The translations under genes and the position numbers were made by a program. A stretch of DNA of 24,000 bases, taken from NCBI GenBank assembly GCA_014237465.1, contig JABZFM010000016.1:1-24000 (forward strand). Reading direction: 5' to 3'. Of this stretch, positions 1 through 6,126 are shown one piece after another (the stretch's first letter is position 1; each line of letters starts with the position of its first letter). The stretch comes from Desulfobacteraceae bacterium. GTDB lineage: Bacteria > Desulfobacterota > Desulfobacteria > Desulfobacterales > Desulfosalsimonadaceae. The notes beneath the pieces were generated by a model. It was given only the letters and a program-made list of their open reading frames with translations, did not search any database and was not told the origin of the DNA.

Positions 1-837
1 GGCACCCTGTTTCCAGTCATTGGAATTTCCCAGCACGGGCGGTGGCCGGAAATGGCGGACCGCTGGATGTATGTACCGGAAATCGGCCTGTTAATCATCA
101 TCAGCTGGGGCGGGGCCGCGCTTTTATCCCGATTTCCCCGCCCCGGACTCGTCATGGCATCGCTTGGCGCAGTCATTATTGCCGCATTGATATTAAGCGC
201 CCGCACCCAGGCAGCTTACTGGCAAAACAGCATAACGCTATTTGAACACGCACTCAACGTGACTGAAAAAACCGACCTGGCCCACAACAATATAGGCGCA
301 GAACTGAACAGACAGGGGCGCATGGATGAAGCCATTCACCATTTTTTACAGGCACTGCAAATTAATCCAAATCTTGAAATGGCGCACAACAGCCTGGGAA
401 TTGCCCTGGACAAACTAGAAAGAACAGAGGAAGCCATCACCCACTATTCACAGGCGCTGCGAATTAATCCAAATCTTGAAATGACGCACAACAGCCTGGG
501 GAACGCGCTAAACAAACTCGGCAGAACCGAAGAGGCCATCTTCCATTATTTACAGGCGATACGGATTGATCCGAATCTTGAAATAGCACACACCAATCTG
601 GGAAACACGCTAAACAGGCTGGGCAGAACCGAAGAGGCCATCTTCCACTATCGCCAATCACTCGCGATCAATCCGAATGACGAACGGGTCCACTACAACC
701 TGTCCGTTGCATTATACCGAAAAGGAGATATGACACAAGCCATAAAACACTTGCAAACAGCTGTAAAACTAAATCCGGACTACACGCCGGCGAAAAATTT
801 ATTGAAAAGACTCCAAAATTCGCAGATAAGCAAATGA
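1..837 (+). CDS. C-terminal portion of a TMTC-like (GT-C fold, DUF1736/PMT_2-type) membrane protein with TPR repeats; 5' end lies upstream of the window
   Basis: Frame 1 is open from base 1 (GTLFPVIGISQHGRWPEMADRWMYVPEIGLL...). It aligns with residues ~349-380 of the downstream 629-aa ORF (GTLFPVSGISQHGRWPEMADRWAYIPEIGLL), so the ATG at 52 in the ORF track is internal. The last hydrophobic segments are followed by at least six 34-aa TPR units (AIxHYxQALRINPNLEMxHNSLGxAL). Stop at 835-837. Confidence 0.85.
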   Translation, partial: GTLFPVIGISQHGRWPEMADRWMYVPEIGLLIIISWGGAALLSRFPRPGLVMASLGAVIIAALILSARTQAAYWQNSITLFEHALNVTEKTDLAHNNIGAELNRQGRMDEAIHHFLQALQINPNLEMAHNSLGIALDKLERTEEAITHYSQALRINPNLEMTHNSLGNALNKLGRTEEAIFHYLQAIRIDPNLEIAHTNLGNTLNRLGRTEEAIFHYRQSLAINPNDERVHYNLSVALYRKGDMTQAIKHLQTAVKLNPDYTPAKNLLKRLQNSQISK

Positions 838-1330
838 GATGAAATTCCACCGCCCGATGCGGGGCGCCAAATTCCAATGCGGGTCGGTAAATTCCAATGC
901 GGGTCGGTAAATTCCAATGTAGCGGAGACCTTCAGGTCTCCATAACCCCCGGCCAAAGGCCAGGGAATTGGAAGGCTAAAGCCTTCCGCTACATAGCGGG
1001 TCGGCAACGCCCGATGCGGATCGGCAACGCCCAATGTGGATCGGCAGTCGGCAATGCCCAATGCGGGTCGGCAAATTCCAATGCGGGTAGGTAAATTCCA
1101 ATGCGGGTCGGTAAATTCCAATGCGAGTCGGTAAATTCCAATGTAACGGAGACCTTCAGGTCTCCATAACCCCTGGCCAAAGGCCAGGGAATTGGAAGGC
1201 TAAAGCCATCCGCTACATAGCGGGTCGACAACGCCCAATGTGGATCGGCAACGCCCAATGTAAATTGGCAAATTCCAATGTGGGTCGCCAAATTCCAATG
1301 TAACGGAGACCTTTAGGTCTCCATATTTAT
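838..1330. repeat. Complex intergenic repeat block: ~20-bp tandem repeats (AAATTCCAATGCGGGTCGGT and CAACGCCCAATGYGGATCGG variants) flanking copies of an ~80-nt three-hairpin palindromic element
   Basis: Full element copies lie at 915-994 and 1139-1218, giving a 224-bp super-repeat period. A truncated third copy lies at 1297-1325. Element structure: outer stem GTAGCGG/CCGCTAC enclosing hairpins GGAGACC-ttca-GGTCTCC, CCCcGGCC-aaa-GGCCaGGG and GGAAGGC-taaa-GCCTTCC. The four ORFs in the track here (both strands, MRVGKFQC-type peptides) are repeat artefacts. Confidence 0.9.
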
Positions 1331-1401
1331 CAACCGATTACCCGCGTTCCCACGGATGGCCGTGGAAACCGAAAAAACATTTATCCGGAAAAGTATTTAT
1401 A

Positions 1402-3291
1402 ATGATATTTTCAATCACTTCTTCGTTTTTTAAAAAATATTTAAAAATATTTATATATTTTTTCCTCATTGTCATCACCTGTATTGTATATCAGAACATT
1501 CACCAATATGATTTCATCAACTTTGACGACGATGCATATGTAACAGACAATTCACAAATACAAAAAGGGCTTTCGTTTCAAAATATTGCGTGGGCGTTTG
1601 GGTTTTCCGAAACCGCCAACCATTTTTACTGGCACCCGGTTACATGGGTCTCGCATATGGCAGACTGTCAGTTGTTCGGACTGAACGCCGGCATGCATCA
1701 TCTGATGAATGTTATTTTTCATGTGATGAACGCGTTGCTCCTTTTCGTCATTTTTTATAAAATGACCGGCGCACTGTGGCAAAGCGCTTTTGTCGCTGTC
1801 GTATTTGCCGTCCACCCGATCAATGTCGAATCCGTGGCATGGGTTTCAGAACGCAAAAATCTGCTGAGTACCCTGTTCTGGATGCTGTCCATGCTGGCAT
1901 ATGCGTATTATGTGAAAAAACCGTCTGCTCGGCGCTATTTTCTGCTCACTATCCCTTTTATATTAGGCCTTCTGGCCAAACCGATGCTGGTCACCCTGCC
2001 ATGTGTTTTTCTGCTGATGGATTTCTGGCCCCTGGGGCGACTCAGGCTTTTCCCCTTACCAAGCAGCCGCCATATTCAAACAGACCCGCCATCATGGCAA
2101 TCAGCACCTGTACATCAACTCATCGCCGAAAAACTCCCGCTTTTGATAATATCCTTTTTTTCGGTGGGCATCTCACTATTTTCCGCCCATATGAGCCGTC
2201 AGATCATTTCCGCTGAGAACATCCCTCTGTCGCTGAGACTGGAAAATGCAGTCGTATCGTATGTCAAGTACATCGGCAACCTGTTCTGCCCGAAAGACCT
2301 GGCCGTCTTTTACCCGTTTCCGGATACGATTCCGGTCTGGCAGGTTGTTTCAGCCGCTGTCATTTTGCTGCTCATTACAGCGGCAGCCGTGCGGCTGATC
2401 CAAAAAGCCCCGTACCTGATTGTCGGCTGGCTGTGGTATCTGGGGACACTGTTTCCCGTAAGCGGTATTTCCCAGCACGGACGGTGGCCGGAAATGGCGG
2501 ACCGTTGGGCCTACATACCGGAAATCGGCCTGCTGATCATAATTGCGTGGGGCGGCGCATCACTTTTGGCCAGACTGCCGGGACGCAGATTCATTCTTCC
2601 GACGATTGCGGCCACCGTCATCACCCTGCTGGCATTGACCGCAAAATACCAGGCAGCTTACTGGGAAAACAGCATCGCCCTTTTCGAACACGCCCTCGAC
2701 GTCACAAAAAACAACTCTGTCGCCCACTTTAATCTGGGAATTGCACTGACAAAGACGGGAAAAACCGATGAAGCTATCCGGCATTATCAAAGGGCGTTAC
2801 GCATCGATCCGAATCATCCGGACATTCATATCAATCTCGGAAACGCCCTGGCACAAAAGGGATATATTGATAAAGCCATTCTTCATCTAAGCGCTGCCGT
2901 AAAAATTGATGATCAGAATGCGACAGCACGTTACAACCTGGGAACTGCGCTGGCCACTGTCGGCCGCATTGATGAGGCCATACAGCACTTTCTCGCCGCA
3001 TTGAAGATGGATCCGAACAACGATAAAGCGCACATTAATCTGGGATCACTCCTTGCCCAAAAAGGAAATTTAACCGAAGCTGTTGAGCACTTAAAAGCGG
3101 CGATCACATTAAATCCGGAAAATTGCCTGGCATATTTTAATTTAAGCGTAATCAGTCAAAATATAAATACGATCAATGATGCGATGGCATGTTATACCCT
3201 GTCAGTGGATACGCAAGATATCCCTTCCGACATCCGCCGAAAACTGGAAATGCTGCGGTTGCTGAAAAAAAAGCTCAAAGATGAAAGGTGA
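1402..3291 (+). CDS. TMTC-like GT-C family membrane protein (putative protein O-glycosyl/mannosyl-transferase type, DUF1736-like) with C-terminal TPR domain
   Basis: 629-aa ORF. The N-terminal ~400 aa contain many hydrophobic segments. An acidic loop motif (YDFINFDDDAYVTDN) follows the first TM, as in PMT/ArnT/TMTC-type GT-C enzymes. The C-terminal ~200 aa are TPR units (AIRHYQRALRIDPNHPDIHINLGNAL...). It is a paralog of the truncated upstream gene. The ATG at 1402 lacks a clear SD, so the start is less certain than the frame. Confidence 0.8.
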   Translation: MIFSITSSFFKKYLKIFIYFFLIVITCIVYQNIHQYDFINFDDDAYVTDNSQIQKGLSFQNIAWAFGFSETANHFYWHPVTWVSHMADCQLFGLNAGMHHLMNVIFHVMNALLLFVIFYKMTGALWQSAFVAVVFAVHPINVESVAWVSERKNLLSTLFWMLSMLAYAYYVKKPSARRYFLLTIPFILGLLAKPMLVTLPCVFLLMDFWPLGRLRLFPLPSSRHIQTDPPSWQSAPVHQLIAEKLPLLIISFFSVGISLFSAHMSRQIISAENIPLSLRLENAVVSYVKYIGNLFCPKDLAVFYPFPDTIPVWQVVSAAVILLLITAAAVRLIQKAPYLIVGWLWYLGTLFPVSGISQHGRWPEMADRWAYIPEIGLLIIIAWGGASLLARLPGRRFILPTIAATVITLLALTAKYQAAYWENSIALFEHALDVTKNNSVAHFNLGIALTKTGKTDEAIRHYQRALRIDPNHPDIHINLGNALAQKGYIDKAILHLSAAVKIDDQNATARYNLGTALATVGRIDEAIQHFLAALKMDPNNDKAHINLGSLLAQKGNLTEAVEHLKAAITLNPENCLAYFNLSVISQNINTINDAMACYTLSVDTQDIPSDIRRKLEMLRLLKKKLKDER

Positions 3292-3315
3292 AAAGGCGAC
3301 ATTGATCATAAAACA

Positions 3316-3632
3316 CAATGTAGCGGAAGGCTTCAGCCTTCCAGAGCCCTGGCTTTGGCCAGGGGTGATGGAGACCTGAAGGTCTCCGCTACAAGGGGCT
3401 TTAACATCCCCCGAATTTACATGGGGCGTTAACATTCCCCCGACATGGGGCATTGGCATCCCGCCGTGTCGCGGAAGGCTTCAGCCTTCCAGATCCCTGG
3501 CCTGGGGGCCAGGGATTATGGAGACCTGAAGGTCTCCGCTACAAGGGGCTTTAACATCCCCCGAATTTACATGGGGCGTTAACATTCCCCCGACATGGGC
3601 TGGTGGTATCCCGCCGTGTCGCGGAAGGCTTT
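3316..3632. repeat. 150-bp tandem repeat (2 full units plus a 17-nt start of a third), each unit beginning with an inverted-orientation copy of the three-hairpin element
   Basis: Element copies lie at 3316-3394 and 3466-3544. Hairpin order is GGAAGGC first and GGAGACC last, opposite to the copies at 915 and 1139. The marker CCGCCGTGTCGCGGAAGGCT recurs at 3461 and 3611 (period 150). Each unit also carries GGGGCTTTAACATCCCCCGAATTTACATGGGGCGTTAACATTCCCCCGACATGGG. Confidence 0.9.
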
Positions 3633-3654
3633 TTGCCCCGTTGAGCAGTATGTG

Positions 3655-3717
3655 AACCGATATATTTTAACCCGAATACTCAACCGAATTTTAGACCGAA
3701 TATTCAACCGGATATAA
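3655..3717 (+). repeat. Five direct repeats of a ~12-bp unit (consensus AACCGAATATTY), candidate regulator-binding array
   Basis: Units: AACCGATATATTTTA, ACCCGAATACTC, AACCGAATTTTA, GACCGAATATTC, AACCGGATATAA. The CCGA cores sit at 3657, 3672, 3684, 3696 and 3708, so the last four are spaced exactly 12 bp apart. The array lies upstream of the candidate promoters for the gene at 4078. Confidence 0.6.
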
Positions 3718-3870
3718 ATGAAGGATGTGGTCAGATCGTCCAATTCCAACTTGCCGGTATTTTTTTATTGACTTTATCCGCGAAAGCGTTTACATAAATT
3801 AATAATTGCTTGTTAACAGACTCACTTAATCATCCATTTCTCCATCATATAATTTTTTTTATTTATTTTC

Positions 3871-3898
3871 TTGATTTACGTTTTTTTTATGATATAAA
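3871..3898 (+). promoter_or_regulatory. Candidate sigma70-type promoter for the 4078 gene (TTGATT-N16-TATAAA)
   Basis: TTGATT at 3871-3876, a 16-nt T-rich spacer, then TATAAA at 3893-3898, in a very AT-rich 360-bp leader region. An alternative candidate is TTGACT 3768-3773 / N17 / TACATA 3791-3796. Motif match only; no experimental support. Confidence 0.3.
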
Positions 3899-3953
3899 AA
3901 CAGTGTTCACTAAATTTATCTTTGTTTTAATCAATTATTTTGAATTTTAATCA

Positions 3954-3966
3954 GGAAAGGAGGTGA
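3954..3966 (+). promoter_or_regulatory. Orphan perfect Shine-Dalgarno sequence (GGAAAGGAGGTGA) in the putative 5' UTR, STAB-SD-like
   Basis: Extended complementarity to the 16S 3' end. No ATG/GTG/TTG lies 5-10 nt downstream (AAAAAAACCAAAT follows). It sits ~112-124 nt upstream of the ATG at 4078, which has its own SD. Confidence 0.4.
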
Positions 3967-4077
3967 AAAAAACCAAATAAAACACCGAGTAACCCGTTAA
4001 AAAGTAAATATTATACACAAATGGTGAAATATTAAAATTTTACCATTTATCAAATTCAAATCTTTTGGAGGAAAAAA

Positions 4078-4920
4078 ATGAAAAAATTAGCACTTATTTT
4101 AGCATTAATGTTAATCCCCTGCAGCGCATTCGGTCTGGAAATGTTAACAGACAACGCATTGGACAACGTAACCGGTCAGAGCGGTGTTTCAATCGCTGCC
4201 GACGATATCCAGATTTTCTTAAATGTCGAAAGATTTGCATGGATCGACTGTGACGGCTATGGTACGGAATTGGCTTACGGCGGACAATGTGACTCATCTC
4301 TGGGTGGTGCGATTTATATTGATAACTTCCAGATTGACCTGCTGAACGTCAACATGATCGGCGGCAGAGGCTCAATGGCAGCTGTTAGCACATCTGAAAG
4401 CAATCAGACATTGAACGGAAACGCGTTGGGCGGTTCCACCTGCGGCGTCATCGACCTGTTCTATGACTATGGTAACACCAATTTCGGCGCATGCCTGCTT
4501 TCCGGTTCTCTTGCCGGCGCAACCAACACTCTGGGCATGGACAACTACATCAATGTCAATCCCTGGGGATCAACCTCCCCGAACGGTGGTTTCCTGGCCA
4601 AATCAATTACGATTGACGCCACCATGGCACTGCCCCTGCATTCAGCCGGATGGCGAGGCAACAACTGGGCTCATTACACAGGCAGCGAAACTATCGGCGG
4701 TGTTTTGATTGGTCTGCCGACCGCAGAAATCTACATTGGGTCACTGGTCATCACCCCGAGATTTACCGCTCAGATCAGTGCAATTCCTGCTGCTGTTGCA
4801 GGACTTTGCGCCAACGAAGGCGAATCTTACGGAACATTTGAATTACAGGGCATTACCATGTCAATACTCAGCGGATGGGTAGAAATCGCTCCTACGGGTA
4901 GAGATTATGACTCTTACTAA
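4078..4920 (+). CDS. Secreted G/N/S/T-rich protein (280 aa) with Sec signal peptide followed by a double-glycine-leader-like motif; putative cargo/structural subunit 1
   Basis: Strong SD GGAGG at 4067-4071, 6 nt before the ATG. Signal peptide MKKLALILALMLIPCSAFG, then LEMLTDNALDNVTGQ-SGVSIAADDIQIF. The N-terminal ~40 mature residues align with the next ORF. No similarity to a named family that I recognise. Confidence 0.8.
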   Translation: MKKLALILALMLIPCSAFGLEMLTDNALDNVTGQSGVSIAADDIQIFLNVERFAWIDCDGYGTELAYGGQCDSSLGGAIYIDNFQIDLLNVNMIGGRGSMAAVSTSESNQTLNGNALGGSTCGVIDLFYDYGNTNFGACLLSGSLAGATNTLGMDNYINVNPWGSTSPNGGFLAKSITIDATMALPLHSAGWRGNNWAHYTGSETIGGVLIGLPTAEIYIGSLVITPRFTAQISAIPAAVAGLCANEGESYGTFELQGITMSILSGWVEIAPTGRDYDSY

Positions 4921-4994
4921 TATCGTGTAGCGAGATTTATATTTAATGTGATATATTTTTGCATAAACGATATAAAACGGTAAGTAGCAAAAAA

Positions 4995-5030
4995 AACAGA
5001 AGCGAAGAGGGACTCCTCTTCGCTTCTGTT
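4995..5030. terminator. Perfect 16-bp stem-loop between the two cargo genes (terminator/attenuator-like)
   Basis: AACAGAAGCGAAGAGG-gact-CCTCTTCGCTTCTGTT. It is preceded by A7 and followed only by TTAATT, so the U-tract on the + strand is weak. It may act as a partial terminator or an mRNA 3'-end stabiliser for the upstream gene. Confidence 0.5.
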
Positions 5031-5063
5031 AATTGAATAACCCAAAAATCATTATTAAAAAAC

Positions 5064-6107
5064 ATGCCCCACTTATCATCCATCCGACAAATCACATTAT
5101 CCTTATTGGCATTGGCATACTCCTTATTAATTTATTTATTTATTTTTACTGTGAGTCCGGCTTGCACCTATGCCGAATTAACCGAATTGGCCAACGCTGA
5201 AATGGATTCTGTCTATGCAGCGTCCGGTATTGCCTATGGAATCAAAGACGTTCAGATATTTCATGTCATCGATCAATTTATTTATTGCCCGGATAACGGC
5301 GATGGAGATTATCTTCACTTCAAACTCTATGCCCATGACGGATTGGGCGGACCGGTAAAATACAACTTTGAATTTGCCACAGCCGGCGCCATGACAGCAT
5401 CCGGGATAATAACAATGGATATTGCGACCAATGAAATCGCCCCATTGGATGACTGGGACCTCTCAACAGGCCCTTCAGATTTTGACACTGTATATAAAGT
5501 CATGCAGCACACCCACTGCCCATTATGGGATCAGGATCTCGCATACTCTCTCATAGATTTTACATTTTCAGACGGTATCTCCAGTTATAATCTGGGAGAA
5601 TTTGACATCGGCCCCATTGACCTTCGTTCCTATGGTTTCCATATAGCACCCCATCCGGGTGATGGAGTAGATTTTGATTATTCCTTTGAGTCACATATTC
5701 AATATTTATCATATGCATACATAGCTGACCCAGTGACCCCCGCGAACACCAAACGATTAACGTTTGAAAATATGCACTTTGGCAACACCTTTGATTATGG
5801 TATCGCCGGCGATGACCCCACAGATCCAACAACATGGAAATCAGATATCGGCGAATTCCAAATCGGTGATATGTTTGGCGATCTGACCAGCACGGACCCT
5901 AAAAACTGGCACTCCCGCCCGGCTCAGATTGATGCCGTCATGACAAATCGTTGGGACAATAGCACTTATTACGGCGCCCTTCTCCTTCGCTTGCCAATGG
6001 AAGGTGCCATCCGTTTTGAAAAAGCAGACTTCGGCGGCACGGACTTCGGTCCCGGCACCATTGATGGGATTAACATCTACCGCATGGATATGTATTTGAT
6101 TCCGTAA
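5064..6107 (+). CDS. Secreted protein (347 aa), paralog of the 4078 gene in its N-terminal module; putative cargo/subunit 2
   Basis: Signal-like N-terminus (MPHLSSIRQITLSLLALAYSLLIYLFIFTVSPACTYA), then ELTELANAEMDSVYAA-SGIAYGIKDVQIF. This aligns position-by-position with LEMLTDNALDNVTGQ-SGVSIAADDIQIF of the preceding protein. No SD before the ATG at 5064. Confidence 0.75.
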   Translation: MPHLSSIRQITLSLLALAYSLLIYLFIFTVSPACTYAELTELANAEMDSVYAASGIAYGIKDVQIFHVIDQFIYCPDNGDGDYLHFKLYAHDGLGGPVKYNFEFATAGAMTASGIITMDIATNEIAPLDDWDLSTGPSDFDTVYKVMQHTHCPLWDQDLAYSLIDFTFSDGISSYNLGEFDIGPIDLRSYGFHIAPHPGDGVDFDYSFESHIQYLSYAYIADPVTPANTKRLTFENMHFGNTFDYGIAGDDPTDPTTWKSDIGEFQIGDMFGDLTSTDPKNWHSRPAQIDAVMTNRWDNSTYYGALLLRLPMEGAIRFEKADFGGTDFGPGTIDGINIYRMDMYLIP

Positions 6108-6126
6108 CCCCCCTCTTGCTTTTCCC

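Noticed and set aside
52-837. ATG at 52 as the start of the first gene, and ATG at 23939 as the start of secF
   Set aside because: In both cases the reading frame stays open to the window edge. The extended translation also matches the paralog (first gene) or the conserved SecF N-terminus (GKRYIAFAFSAIL...GIDFAGGT). Both genes are truncated by the window.
915-994. tRNA or tRNA-like gene, because the element folds into a 4-way cloverleaf of ~76-80 nt
   Set aside because: The loops are only 3-4 nt, so there is no 7-nt anticodon loop. There is no T-loop GTTCRANNC or D-loop motif. The element is multi-copy in both orientations. It is a structured repeat, not a tRNA.
780-1303. Four overlapping ORFs on both strands (780..1121 -, 897..1094 +, 989..1291 -, 1121..1303 +) encoding repetitive peptides such as MRVGKFQC and EFTDPHWNLPTRIGI
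   Set aside because: They lie entirely within the tandem and palindromic repeat block and mirror each other on both strands. Their periodicity is that of the DNA repeats. They have no SD or signal features. They are repeat-derived artefacts.
848-1330. Possible CRISPR array, because of regularly spaced ~20-bp repeats
   Set aside because: The repeats are directly adjacent (tandem) or separated by copies of the same palindromic element. There are no unique spacers of constant length, no cas genes are present, and the repeats are degenerate.
3202-3459. ORF 3202..3459 (-), 85 aa
   Set aside because: It overlaps the 3' end of the TMTC-like gene in antisense and then runs through the palindromic repeats (the GDLQVSITPGQ peptide also appears in the other repeat ORFs). 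It is an artefact.
3963-3980. Mini-ORF GTG-AAA-AAA-ACC-AAA-TAA (MKKTK) next to the orphan SD, as a possible leader peptide
   Set aside because: The GTG overlaps the SD itself, leaving no spacer, so initiation there is implausible. It is treated as an untranslated SD-like element instead.
4065-4253. ORF 4065..4253 (+) and other internal alternative-frame ORFs within 4078-6107 (4094..4297 -, 4463..4708 +, 4650..4841 +, 5327..5512 -, 5560..5835 -)
   Set aside because: They are nested in or antisense to longer ORFs that have signal peptides, an SD and paralog support. Their translations are Arg/Cys-rich, which is typical of off-frame reading.
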